From Octopus sinensis (lineage: Eukaryota), in the NCBI RefSeq assembly GCF_006345805.1, contig NC_043002.1, forward strand, positions 98,394,001 to 98,458,000: DNA of 64,000 nt, read 5' to 3'. Positions 42,405-55,936 of the stretch are shown piece by piece (position 1 is the first letter of the stretch; each line of letters opens with the position of its first letter). The translations under genes and the position numbers were made by a program. A model generated the notes under the pieces. That model was not told the origin of the DNA. It saw only the letters and a program-made list of their open reading frames with translations, and did not search any database.

Positions 42405-42851
42405 ATGTATATATATGTGTGTGATGTATTTATGTGTATGCTTTCTAAAACATGATAGGTGAACGTCTGACATCTATGCCTTAACATTGACTGGTAACTA
42501 AATATCTCTTTTGAGATGTTGTGGATGAGCATATGTTGTTTATATTTATGCCTGTGTGTTGCTAATGAAATCTGGGTTACTAAATTATCATACTCATTGT
42601 CTTACAGTCATCACACAGACATTGACATATTTATTATGATGAAACAGTTGGCAATGACACAGTTATCTAATTGGTATAATTATTGCACATGACTCCCCAT
42701 TACAGTAGCACATATATCAGGTGGCACAGTTATCATACTGACACAATCAGTAGCAGCGTAATTATTTCTATGAACTCTTATCAGTTTGATTGTGGTAACA
42801 GATACTAGAATAGATGTTGAAACTGTAGTCTTGAGAGTTACAACACTTAAT

Positions 42852-43076
42852 ATTTATTTTATTTTATTTTATCTAGTTTCAGCTCACAAGCTGTGGCCAT
42901 GCTGGGGCACCGCCATTTGGTGTTGCTACATGATTTTACTTCACGAATGCTTTTTAGCAACTGCCATTTGGTACATGAGAGAGTTCGATGCAGCTGCCCT
43001 CATCTGCACCTCCTGCCAGGAAGAGATCCAGTCCTACTTTAAAGACATCCGCATCCACCCCATGCAGGTCCCATAG
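42852..43076 (-). mobile_element. CR1/L2-type LINE 3' end fragment
   Basis: Minus strand reads LWDLHGVDADVFKVGLDLFLAG, then (shifted frame) QMRAAASNSLMYQMAVAKKHS*, resembling the FKxxLDxFL end of CR1/L2 ORF2. A short UTR and a (TAAAA)n tail follow. Confidence 0.65.
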
Positions 43077-43490
43077 TTTATGTTAGTTGTGGAGATGGAT
43101 TGTATGTGCTGATCAAAATATTTTGAGTTCAAATTACACTCCATTTGTACCAAATCCATACATTCATTCATTCATCCATCCATCCATTTTCTCCACCTGT
43201 TATTCCTAGAAGAGTCAAAGGATAGAGTCCTAAGGCACCTCCGTATTGTTCTGTCAGTAGCAACCATTGTGAAACTTTCCAGCTAGATTCCCAAGCATGA
43301 CAAGCTGTGACTTTTGATATCATCGAACCGAACCATCGCCTACCTTCTGAGGTACAACATTTATTATTCAACCATCTTCTGAGGCTACTTGATGTGTTTA
43401 GGTCTGGACTTGCATTCTTCTGTGTTAAAATGGCTTTGTTGTTGCTGATGTTGATGATGACATTTTAGTATCATTAGTATCATACAGGCG

Positions 43491-43824
43491 CAGGGGTGGC
43501 TGTGTGGTAAGTAGCTTGCTAACCAACCACATGGTTGCGGGTTCAGTCCCACTGCGTGGCATCTTGGGCAAGTGTCTTCTGCTATAGCCCCGGGCCGACC
43601 AATGCCTTGTGAGTGGATTTGGTAGACGGAAACTGAAAGAAGCCTGTCGTATATATGTATATGTGTGTGTGTTTGTCCCCCTAGCATTGCTTGCAACCGA
43701 TGCTGGTGTGTTTACGTCCCCGTCACTAGCGGTTCGGCAAAAAGAGACCAATAGAATAAGTACTAAAAGGCGGTGTTCCAGCATGGCCGCAGTCAAATGA
43801 CTGAAACAAGTAAAAGAGAAAGAG
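43491..43824 (+). mobile_element. SINE family A with internal deletion
   Basis: AAGTACT joined almost directly to AAAGGCGGTG, lacking the ~40-bp segment present in other copies. Confidence 0.85.
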
Positions 43825-44069
43825 ATACTAAACTCTCACACACGTTCATACTCATCCGTACATCATTCATTTGTTCATACTCACCAGTACACTCTTACTG
43901 ATGCTCATTAGCTTATAATCAACTTCACTCATTCCACTTAGAATCTGACACACTCACTCCGTCCCACTGTCACATTTGTTTTCTCACATCCTCCTCTTCC
44001 TCTTACAACTCAATGAGCTGAGGAAGGAGTCTGTTTGGTCACTCACTCTCCTAGACATAACAGCAAAAT

Positions 44070-44378
44070 CATCATCATCATCATCATCATCATCGTTTAA
44101 CGTCCGTTTTCCGCGCTAGCACAGGTTGGACGGTTCGACCGGGGTCTGGGAAGCCAGGGCCTGCACCAGGCTCCAGTCTTATCTGGCAGAGTTTCTACAG
44201 CTGGATGCCCTTCCTAATGCCAACCACTCCGCGAGTGTAGTGGGTGCTTTTTATGTGCCACCTGCACAGGTGCCAGGGGGGTCCGGCATCGGCCACGATC
44301 GGTTGGAACTTTTAACGTGCCATGGGCACGGAAGCCAGCCAAGGCAGCGCTGGCAATGGCCACGTTCGGATGGTGCTT
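44070..44378 (-). mobile_element. RTE LINE 3' UTR fragment
   Basis: Matches ~22753-23070. Confidence 0.8.
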
Positions 44379-45929
44379 TATATCTCCCTTAAATTATCTT
44401 AAAATATCTTGGATAATATAATCCTAGATACAATATCTGTAAATAAGTTGGGATAGTCATGTCTTGATTGATATGAATGCTTTTGATTATAGATCAGGTG
44501 GGTCATGCTGTACATGTCGAACAGTAACAACAGCTTTAAGCTCCTCTCACACGCACTTACTTGGAACCCCTAATTCATACTTGCTTATCTATTGTCCCCA
44601 ACTATAAGGATAAAAGAAAAGAAAGGAAAAAATAGACCCATAACAACCACCAACTTTTCGACTACAACCAAAATAATTTTAGCAACAACAACAAAAACAA
44701 TAACAAGCAACAACTTCTACAACCTGATAAGTCAAGTTTATTGTTAGGTCTTGTTTCAGCTACATTGAAAAAGACAATGAACAATGATGAGAATTAGAAG
44801 GGAATTCTGAGATCTTAAAATGTTTAAATTCCTGAAATACTGCTGTCTCCAGAATTTTCCCACTGTCTATTGAGCAGGTATATAATAACTTCTATCAAGT
44901 CTACCATATATAAGACTTGACCTGTATCTACTTACATTGAAATACTTCCAGCCCATGTCTGCCCAAAGACAAATGAGGCTTTCTTCTTTGTGACATATCA
45001 CCTCTGTTATGGTCTTTATTGTATTCGGACACCTTGTTACTGATGTTGCTATTGTATTTTCTTAATTTTTTTTTTGTTAGTTTTGGTGGTGGTGGTGGTG
45101 GAAACCTGGTATAAATGTTTTTGAAGAGAATTATAGTAAAGATTTCCCACTCCCTTTTGCTAGCAAGGAAGTTCGTTAAAGGCTTTTTGCAACAGGTTAT
45201 TTATTTGAAAGAGGAAAGGCAGATAATTTTTTTTTCCATTCTAAGTGGATATTTACAGATACACACAGAAAAAAGAGATTGATGATGAAGAACAAAAGTT
45301 TGTTTTATCTACCTTTAGATTTTGTAGTAGTCTAGTTGCAGGTAAACCTAATCATGAAGAATTATGTTGGAAGGTATTCCAATCTGGCTAGTCTTTCTTT
45401 TCATAGACTGTACATTTAGTGCTACGTTATTCTAAGTTTTAGCGTATGGTGTGAGGGAGATGTGGCAGCTATTTCTTACAGAATGAGTCTTTCTTTGATT
45501 CAAAGATATAGTTTATTTTTGTTTAAAGTAATGAAGTATGTAAGTACTCTGGACAAAAATTATAATGTCTTTTTATAAGCAGGGTAGCATGTGGTTTAAT
45601 AAAAGTTGAGCCAATAAGTACTTTCTAGGTGCAATCCCATGGTCATTCATGACTGAAGAGGGCCTTTACCCTTTTAGATGTGTGTGTGTGTGTGTGTGTG
45701 TATGCGCTTACATTTGTGTTGTGTGTGTATGTGTGCTTACGTTTGTATTGTGTGTGTGTGCTTACGTTTGTGTGTGTGTGTGTGTGTGCTTACGTTTGTA
45801 TTTGTGAGTGTGTGTGTGTGTTTGCTTACGTTTGTGTTGTGTGAGTGAGAGAGATTTAATGTGTATTGAGTTATATTCATGTATGCATATATACATAGGT
45901 ATATATACATATAAATACATATATTTGAT

Positions 45930-46139
45930 ATATAGGCATCTCTGATTTTATGGAGATGCTGCATTCCTGAAAATCCTGCCCTGACATGGAATTCTCTTAC
46001 ACAAAACCTATTTTCCCATCAACTACAATGCTTCATAACATGGACGTCAATGGGAAAATAGGTTTTGCATTACAAAATTCCATATTATGGTAAGATTTTG
46101 AGGAATGTAGTGCTTTTGTAACATGGTAGATGCATATAT
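45930..46139. repeat. ~210-bp imperfect palindrome (old foldback/MITE-like)
   Basis: CAAAACCTATTTTCCCAT / ATGGGAAAATAGGTTTTG perfect core; arms extend imperfectly to ATATAGGCATC / GATGCATATAT. Confidence 0.75.
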
Positions 46140-46634
46140 GTGAATGAATTGAATTGTGTATATATAATGTATATAAAAATCACTCTATTTGATAAGATCA
46201 TAATTGTGGTAATTGTGACATGATATTAATGTCTGCGTGTGTGTGTGTGTGTATGAATGTGTTTTGTTTTTGTGTATTTGTATGGATTAATCAGATCTGT
46301 CAAGCTACATGTGTATGTGACCACAACAAGTGAACAAATGTTCTCATTGTCGTAATCTTCATCAATTTAATTAATAGCGGTGTTTGCATACTTAAACAGA
46401 TTAGAAAGATTTAACTGCCAACATACCAACACACATATCTTTATAAATAAACATATGAACAACGTCTGTTGACATTACATAAATGTAATGAAGGATTTCA
46501 TTTCTTAGGACTTGATACTACTTCTGCTACTAGTATAAATGTAAGTACTAAACTTTATTAATGCTCCTAATACTTTTATGAAGCTTTAACAAAAGTTAAA
46601 ATATTAAACTAACCAGTGTCATCATCCTCATATT

Positions 46635-47422
46635 CATCATCATCGTTAACGTCCGCTTTCCATGCTAGCATGGGTTGGACGGTTCAACTGGGGTCTGGGA
46701 AGCCCGAAGGCTGCACCAGGCCAGTCAGATCTGGCAGTGTTTCTACAGCTGGATGCCCTTCCTAACACCAACCACTCCATGAGTGTAGTGGGTGTGGGTG
46801 CTTTTTCATCATCATCATTACCATTGTTGTTTTGTGTTTTCTCTCCATGTTAGCATGGGTCGGTTGAGTCATCATGGTCCAAGTTCTTATTTGAAATTAC
46901 TGTTCTCCTTGATGTGGTCAGAAACCCATGTCTCTCTTTCATTTTTGGTTTGTTTTATATGGTTCAATGCCCTTCCTATCACTAACCACTGTACAGAGTT
47001 TATTGGGTGCATTTTATTGTGCCACCAGTTTTAAAGACGTCGTGTCTTTGATGAGACTAAAAGGTCCTCTTGACCAACCCATTATCATCTGTACTTATTA
47101 GCCAAGCACTTCACAAAGTATATTGAGTGCATTTTATCATGATACCAGCATGAGCATGGTTGCATTGTAACTGTTTAAAATTGATGACTTCACGCTATTC
47201 TGTGATAAGCTCACAGCCTCGCCTGGCACCTGTGCAGGTGGCACGTAAAAAGCACCCACTACACTCAAAGAGTGGTTGGCGTTAGGAAGGGCATCCAGCT
47301 GTAGAAACACTGCCAGATCAGACTGGAGCCTGGTGCAGCCTTCTGGCTTCCCAGATCCCCGGTCGAACCGTCCAACCCATGCTAGCATGGAGAACGGATG
47401 TTAAACGATGATGACGATGATG
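46635..47422. mobile_element. Two inverted RTE 3' UTR fragments (46635-46806 -, 47215-47422 +)
   Basis: Same family sequence in opposite orientations. Confidence 0.8.
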
Positions 47423-48024
47423 ATATATATATATATATATGCATACATACACACATACTCAAACACATATACGACGGGCTTCTTCAGTTTCAGGCCACTG
47501 GATCCACTTAAGACTTTGGCTTGGGAAGACATATGTCCAAGGTACCATGCAGTGGGACTGAACCTGAAACTACATTACAGGGAAGCGAACTTCTTAGCCA
47601 CACAATCATACCTGTTTTTATCTTGGTAGGAAATATTTCCAAAGACTTACCTAACTAATGAATAATAATTAACCCATAGAGCCCAGATGGCATCGTTACA
47701 ATTGTTTTGCTCAGTCTGTCTAAATGCTATGTCTAACCCAGTTTTCAGCTGCAAGGAATTATATCAGAAAAATATTAGCATGTAAAAGACTACCTTTATC
47801 ATTGACCAATCAGTGACTATTAGTTTGTCACATTAATAAATATAATTTGCTGATTATATATTATATATGAATGTGAATATAATTAGTTAATGGTATACAC
47901 AGTAAAAAAAAACAAATAGGACTTAAAAGAATATTTTCCTTACTATTTCCTTTCTCCTCTTCATTTTTACACTTACTAACATTATTGTTTGATGTTCTGT
48001 AATGGTTTCTTTCTTTATTACATA

Positions 48025-48426
48025 CTAGCAGTATCGCCCGGCATTGCTCGGGTTTGTAAGGGAAATAACTATATAAGCATTTTTAGAGATGTAAAGTATA
48101 ATAGCCATCTCAATATGGCTAACCACAAAGGGGGGGGGGGAGTGTTACTGTAGCTTTTTACGTTCTGAGATTTAATAATAAATTTTTAGAGAGTTACTTC
48201 CTTTATATATGCCAAAAATGCATTAAAAATGGGAAAAATTGATGGTAAATTATTTTAAAAATCGTAGACTCATCGTAGATGCACGCTAATACCCAGAAGG
48301 GCTCGCTATGAATCATGACTATAAGATACCCGGTTTTGGTTAAACTGCACCGCAAAATGTGGGAGTAGTTAGGAATGTAAATCGTAGGAGACAGACAGCA
48401 CACAACCTCTCTTTTATATATAAAGA
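48025..48426 (-). mobile_element. Non-autonomous Helitron
   Basis: Reverse-complement relative of 3720-4089; TC start, hairpin + CTAG end, A|T target. Confidence 0.85.
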
Positions 48427-49038
48427 TTGCTAAAATAGGCAATCTTAAATGCTGTGGTGACATATACAGTAATTGAAAAATTGCAAGACTAGACTTGTTT
48501 TCCTGCTAATCTTCTTTGGTTAATTTAAAATGACCAGCATTGTAATATCTGAGTGGAGACATGGTTATGTGGTCAAGAAGTTTGCTTTGCAACCACATGG
48601 GCTTGTGTTCAGCCCTAATGAGAAGCACTAGAGGTAAGTGTCTTTCAGCATTAGCACAGCCCCAAGTGGACCAAAGCCTTCTAATTGAAATTGGGTAAAT
48701 GGAAATCATGTGGAGGCCTGCTGTTTCAGTCATTGGGTGAGAATCTGTTGTCTAGTCTAACACCAATACCAGGTCCTTTGGTACCTTTAAACTTGGTAGA
48801 ATGGTCTTCCTTCGTCTTAAGACATTTGAAAAAAAAAAAAAAAGAAAAGCAAACTCTAAAACAAGAATAATTTTCCCATCTGTTTTGAAGTATTGGTTAA
48901 TTAGCTTTATATTCTTTACATATCTTTTGGGCAATTAACTTTTGATTAATTAATTGCAGTTTGTTTCTGAGAAATTAGTAGAATTTAATGTTTCATGTAA
49001 TGGGGAAACTAGAAAATAAAAAAGAAAATTGCTGATGT

Positions 49039-49072
<34 letters not shown>

Positions 49073-50880
49073 ACGCACACAGAGAGAGGCATGTATATGA
49101 ATGGTTTTTAAATGTATATAAAATTTTTAAATAGCCAACTTTGGATAAAGTAGTACTTGAAAATTTTCTTCATCGAGATGAAAAACAAAACCGATTATGA
49201 TTAAATTGAAATTTTGAGTGAATTTTTATAAGAGAGGTGAAGGTAAATATGATTAAATATGATTGATGTCAATACTTGCTTGGTTTTATTGATAGGTTCC
49301 TGCTGTAAAATAGCTGGTGATAGGGAGGACATCCTGCCATCAAAAAAATATATACCATGTACAACATCAAAGACTGGCAGTTTTTCTGTTTCTTCATGTG
49401 CCAAATAGCAAAGGACTGTGATTAGAGGTGAACCTCTGAGATCCTTCCAGTCCATGCAAGCATGGAAAGAAATTAATGTAAATGTTGAAATGTAGATCCA
49501 CATGGGAAGAAAGGCAACACTGGCTATGATGGAATTTGAAGTTGGATATGACAGGCAGCTAACTGAACATAGTATTGCATGTTTATTCTGGCTGATTATC
49601 ATTCTTTCTCTAGCAGTGCTGGGTCGTAAAAAGGCACCCATGCCAGTGCCACATGAAAAGCACTAGTGACAGTACCATATAAAAAGCACCCAACACAGTT
49701 TAGAAAGTGGTTGGTGTTAGGAAGGGCATCCAGCTGCAGAAACCAAACTAAATCAGACTGGGACCTTGTCCAGCTTGCCAGCTTTGGTCACACCGTCCAA
49801 CCCATGTAAGCATGGGAAACAGGTGTTGAATGATGATGATAAACCAAGGTATGGCTGTTTGCTTAAGAAGTGTATTTTACAACAATGCGATTGTGGGTTC
49901 ACTCCTACTCTGCAGCACTTTGGTTGAACGTTTTCTATGATAGTTTTGGATCAATCAAAGTGTGTGAAAATCGGTTGGTAGAATCTATGTAGAAGCCCAT
50001 CAGAAAGAATGTTTTCATGTGGCATTCTTAAACTGTTCTCCATTTGAAACCTGTCATTGGGCTCTTGGAAGCCTTTAGCAGAATCCAATTTGCTGAAAGC
50101 ACTTGAGTCAGAAATCTTAGTTTGGATAACTACCTTCTTTGCTTTCACCCATTTTGGAAACTCTGGAAATGTGATGGGAGAAGCCTTTACCTTTTCCTGA
50201 TTATTTTCTTTTTTCCCTTTATCATTTATTTTTCACTTGTTTCAGGCATTGAACAGTGACTGTGCTGGACCACTGCCTTGAAGGGTTTAGTGGAGCAAGT
50301 CACCCTCATTACTTACTTTTTTAAAAAAAAGTTTGGCACTTATTCTATCAGTAACTTTGCAGAACCACTAAGTTATGGGTATGTAAACAAACTAACACCA
50401 GTTGTCAAGTGACTGTAGTGGTGATAGAACAACTTGCAAAAACACACACACACACACACTTATATATGTATTCATGACAAGCTTCCTCAGTTTTGTGTAC
50501 CAAATTTATTCACAAGGTATTGGCTAGTCTTGAGCTGCCATGATAGAAGACACTTTCCTACGGTGTCATTCAGTGGGACTGAACTGAATTAAAGGTTGCA
50601 AAGCTAGCTTCTTAACCACACAGTCATGCTCGCCTTTGTAAGTTTCTAAGTTAAAAAGGAAAAGACGAAAAACAAAATACAGACGGAAAATGTGAGATTT
50701 GCTTAGAAATACAATTGAGTAGTTGAGAATGTCAGTCCATGGTTAAAGATATTTGTGATGTTGATAAAATAATTTGAAACGAGAAATAGGTACTTAGCCA
50801 TATATTCCCACAATTTTCTTTTAAATTCCTACAATGTTTTTAATGTCATTTTTTTCTCTGTTTTTTATTGTCTGGTTCAA

Positions 50881-51100
50881 CCCTTTTGTTACTGTATTCC
50901 TGTTGAGATGCTCTGTGTGTCTTTCAATTATTTTAAATATAACAAAGAATTTAGTAAAATAACTTGGTTATCATTCAGCTGGTGTTAGATACATAAATTG
51001 TGACTAAAGTTTGGTGGAAGATTTTGATTCAAAACTTATGAAAACAAGGTATTTGTACCCAGAACCAGAGCCGGTTTCAGCCAGGTTGGTAACAAAAGGG
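50881..51100. mobile_element. piggyBac-type MITE (220 bp)
   Basis: TIRs CCCTTTTGTTAC / GTAACAAAAGGG flanked by TCAA and TTAA. Confidence 0.8.
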
Positions 51101-51495
51101 TTAATCATAGGAAGAACAGTGCCCATACCTTTTTTGAATGATTCTGAGAAGGCTGGGAGTAAGTCATCTGCTGATTGGAGACTTAGCTTGAATTCTTGCA
51201 GCAGAGTGGACTCTACTAAAGTCGCTCAAAGAGTAGACAGGGATTTTAGAATTTGGTGATGGATTAAATCTGATGACATACAAGCATACTTATTGAATAT
51301 GTATATGGCTCACTATTCCACTCCACCATAACTTACATTAAATAACCTTCAATAAAATGTTTGTTTAGACTGAAATATTTCTAATGAACACCAAAACAAC
51401 TAACCATTGAACTACTAATAACTACAGACTGTAAAAAATAAAAGAAGAGATAGAATGAATGGAATCAACACAGCACTTGTTTTCATAGTTTAGAT

Positions 51496-51892
51496 TACTC
51501 TTTTACTCTTTTCAATCATTTGACTGCAGCCATGCTGGAGCACCATCTTTTAATCGAGCAACTCGACCCCGGGACTTATTCTTTTGTAAGCCCAGTACTT
51601 ATTCTGTCGGTCTCTTTTGCCGAACCGCTAAGTAACGTGCACATAAACACACCAGCATCGGTTGTCAAGCAATGCTCGGGGGACAAACACAGACACACAC
51701 ACACACGCATATATATATGTATATATACATATATACGACGGGCTTCTTTCAGTTTCCGTCTACCAAATCTACTCACAAGGCTTTGGTCGGCCCGAGGCTA
51801 TAGTAGAAGACACTTGCCCAAGGTGCCACGCAGTGGGACTGAACCCGGAACTATGTGGTTGGTGAACAAGCTACTTACCACACAGCCACTCC
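51496..51892 (-). mobile_element. SINE family A
   Basis: Full-length copy. Confidence 0.9.
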
Positions 51893-52896
51893 TGGAGGTG
51901 ATAATTTAATCTTTTTCCCTTTACTTCTTTGTTTTTGTTGTATTCTTTCTCTTTCTTGCTCCCTTTCTCACTCAGACATTCATTTTCTATTGTAAATTTG
52001 TTATTCTTCATTTCTCATGTTTTCACTCTTTTACTATTTACCTTCTCTTTTTGCTGCTCGACATCCATACTTTCAGTTTCATTTTTCAGTGCCTCACTTC
52101 CTATGTATGTGTGTGTGTGTGTGTGCATACAGGTATGGCTATGTCGTTAAGAAGTTTGCTTTAGAACTGCATGGCTTGCATTTTGCACCGTTTGTGCTTA
52201 CACTTTCAGCTGGTATCCACTACAATGCTGTGTGTGTATGAAATTTGGTAGATATAAACAGAAGGAAACCTGTTGTTTGTGTGTGTATAGTGACTGAGTT
52301 CACATTTCCCTTGTTTTAACATGTGCATGCTGATTGTAAAATGAAGTATCACAGTTCGTAGAAATATTAGGGGACAAATCTCTATGAAAAGGATTTCCAG
52401 GTTGTTTCATGTTTGATAGATTATCACTTAACTTGGGAACAGGTAAAGGTTGCCAACAGAAAGAACATCCACATCAATGAAATCTTGTTTGACTTTGCAA
52501 GCATGGCAAAATTCACTTTAAAATGATGACTTGGTGATGATTGTGAAGTGAATTTTTTCAACCAGATGGTTATGCCTGCACCTATAGTTTAATTTTCCTA
52601 TATGAATATGAAGGACTGAGTTTCCATTGTGTTTAGTTGTTGTTTAACCCCAGGTCAGCTCTGTTTGAATTGATCTAAAATTGAAGACATTCCAGCAAAG
52701 CCCATCATGTTTTTTATTCACACAGCTTATATGCAGATAGTAGTGATTGTAGAGTAGTTTGGCTGATATTTCTGGCAGGCAGAGTGACCATGTTGGGGCT
52801 CCCCTGTTTGCTCAGTGTTTTGAAGATTTTGTTTGTAGTAGTCTACAGAAAAGTAAAGAGAAGACAAAAACATGTAAATAATATTGGTGTGTCTGT

Positions 52897-53102
52897 AAGG
52901 CAGTAAGTAAGCTGGCAGAGTTGTTAGTATGCCGGGCAAAATGAAGTATTTCTGTTCTGAGTTCAAATTACGCTGAGATTGACTTTGACTTTCATCATTT
53001 TGAAGTCAATAAAATAAGTACTTGTTGGGCACTGGGGTTGATGTAATTGACTTATCCACTTTCCCAAAATTGCTGGCCTTGTGCTCAAATTTGAAACCAA
53101 TA
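52897..53102 (+). mobile_element. SINE family B (diverged)
   Basis: AAGGCAG..AGCTGGCAGA...CTGAGTTCAAATT...GGCCTTGTGC.CAAATTTGAAACC. Confidence 0.7.
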
Positions 53103-53111
53103 TAAATTTGA

Positions 53112-53272
53112 AGTGGCTGTGTGGTAAGTAGCTTGTCTACCAACCACATGGTTCCGGGTTCAGTCCCACTGCGTGGCACCTTGGGTAAGTGTCTTCTACT
53201 AGAGCCTCGGGCCGACCAGAGCCTTGTGACTGGATTTGGTAGACGGAAACTGAAAGAAGCCTGTCGTATATA

Positions 53273-53303
<31 letters not shown>

Positions 53304-53522
53304 GTGTGTGTGTTTGTGTGTCTGTGTATGTCCCCTAGCATTGCTTGACAACCGATGCTGGTGTGTTTATGTCCCCGTCACTTAGCGGTTCGGCAAAAGA
53401 GGCCGATAGAATAAGTACTGGGCTTACAAAAGAATAAGTCACGGGGTCGAGTTGCTCGATTAAAGGCGGTGCTCCAGCATGGCCGCAATCAAATGACTGA
53501 AACAAGTAAAAGAGTAAAGAGT
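53112..53522 (+). mobile_element. SINE family A
   Basis: Full-length copy, inverted relative to 51496-51892. Confidence 0.9.
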
Positions 53523-53834
53523 ATCAAAAATTGACATTTTTGATTTTGCTGACCTTCACATTCTTTGTTATCTTTCAAATCCTTTAAAGTCACAACCCAA
53601 GCACTCTCATTGTAATTCCTGTCAGAAAATTTCCCTAGAAATTGTGCTAACGCTATTTTTCAATGAATGCATTTATTTTTTTTTTCTTATTTCACAAAGC
53701 ATAATAACAGAAAATCTCTGAAAGTTAACAGCAACAAAATAAATTTCTTTTCTCAAATCCACATGAAAATTTTTATCCCCCCTATATTTTTTTATTTATT
53801 TTTTTTTTGTGAAACCTTTTCTTTCTCCCTCCCC

Positions 53835-54400
53835 CTCTATCTGTCTGTCTATCTATGTGTCTGTCTGTCTATTTATCTGTTTGTCTATCTGTTTGTCTAT
53901 CTATCTATCTGTTTGTCTATCAACCAGTCTGTCTGTCTGTCTGTCTGTGTATGTATCTATCTGTCTGTCTATCTTTCTATCTATCTGTCTGTCTATCTTT
54001 CTATCTATCTGTCTGTCTGTCTGTCTATCTTTCTATCTATCTGTCTGTCTGTCTGTCTATCTTTCTATCTATCTGTCTGTCTATCTTTCTATCTGTCTGT
54101 CTGTCTATCTATCTATCTGTTTGTCTATCAATCAATCTATCTATCTGTCTGTCTTTCTATCTTTCTATCTATCTGTCTGTCTATCTTTCTATCTATCTGT
54201 CTGTCTATCAATCAATCTATCTATCTGTCTGTCTATGTATGTATGTATCTATCTGTCTGTCTTTGTATCTATTTATCTGTCTCTTTCTATCTATCTGTCT
54301 GTCTTTCTATCTATCTGTCTTTCTATCTTTCTATCTATCTGTCTGTCTGTCTATCTGTCTATGTGTCTGTCTATCTCTCTCTCTCTCTCTCTCTCTCTTC
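53835..54400. repeat. (TCTA/TCTG)n compound microsatellite
   Basis: Direct reading; source of the LSVCLSIY ORFs. Confidence 0.95.
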
Positions 54401-54988
54401 ACCCTTTCTTTCTCTCTTCCATAATGTAATCAACCGTCACTGATATTTACCATTCTTACCATTTTCTACCTAACAGCCTCAGCACAAGTTTTACTGCTTG
54501 CAAACCCTCACCAAAAAACTCATATCTATTTTTGTTATTTTAGTTATGCCATAGAACATACACTAACATGCATACTCACTTGTGCCCATGGCTACATGCA
54601 GACACATTCACACGACCCACAAACATACACAGATATGCATGCAGACTCACATACTCGTGCACACACATTCATATCCTTACTTGTATCTATTTTTGTTTAT
54701 CCAAACTTACTGTGAATAATTTTCTTACAATATCTGTGCTTGTATGTGCAAACAAATATGTATGAATGCTTGCACAAATATGTTCATGCATAAGTGTATG
54801 TGTATGTGTGTGTTTGTGTGTGTATCTGTGTGTGTGTATGCATGCACACATGTGTTGACACAGAAATATGTTTCTTCCTGGTGTTGTTTCTAGAACTTGA
54901 ATGTCATAATAGTCAACAAGCATAACTAAATACATCAACTACATTATTTGTACATGTGGCTACCAACTGATGCTGGAGTATGTTGACA

Positions 54989-55019
<31 letters not shown>

Positions 55020-55683
55020 GCACACAATGTATATGCATGTGCAACCATATACATGCAGGTTCCCGTATACACACATGAGTTTATCCACATTCATGAACGC
55101 ATCTGCATGCACACACACAGTTATTATAAGCTTGTATATGTGTATACATACCTGCACACCAAGTCTATGCTAATATATATATATATATACACAAAATATA
55201 AAAGTTGCTACTTAAAGTTAGATATGTACAACTACCCAGCATACACTTAAAATGAAATCATATGTAAATCATATTGTCACAAAATCTAGGAAAATATAAT
55301 TGTTTAACTCTTGGTTAGTTTTCATTGGGTAAACTTTTAATCAATCAAATATTATTTAGTTGTGACCATTCTTAAGTACAGAGAACTCAAGATGATATCA
55401 TATAATGATATTACACAAATTATTAGACAGTAAAGAGTGATTTGAGAGGTTTGGTAGTCTTTCTCCATCAGGTCAGGTCACTATGTTGAAACACTGGCTT
55501 ACATAAGGATTTGTCTTATATTCCTTAGAAAGAGATATCATTTGATTCTCCTTTTAGTCTCTCTTATTTTTCTCAACATAAATTGTGCACATTTGTGCAC
55601 ATAAATGAAATTCTTTTCGTTCTGTTATCTTATCTTTAGTTTCAGCCAAAGGGCTGTGGCCATGCCAGGTACTGCCATTCAAA

Positions 55684-55913
55684 GGCGGCAAGCTGGCAGA
55701 ACCATTAGCACGTCGGGCGAAATGCTTAGCGGTATTTCGTCTGCCGTTACGTTGTGAGTTCAAATTCCACCAAGGTCGACTTTGCCTTTCATCCTTTCGG
55801 GGTCGATAAATTAAGTACTAGTTAGGCACTGGGATCGATGTAATCGGCTTAATACCTATGTCTGTCCTTGTTTGTCCCCTCTATGTTTAGCCCCTTTTGG
55901 GTAATAAAGAAAT
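55684..55913 (+). mobile_element. SINE family B with 17-bp TSD
   Basis: AGGTACTGCCATTCAAA at 55667-55683 and 55914-55930. Confidence 0.9.
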
Positions 55914-55936
55914 AGGTACTGCCATTCAAATCTAAA

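Noticed and set aside
53667-54443. 258-aa hydrophobic ORF
   Set aside because: Read-through of the TCTA/TCTG repeat.
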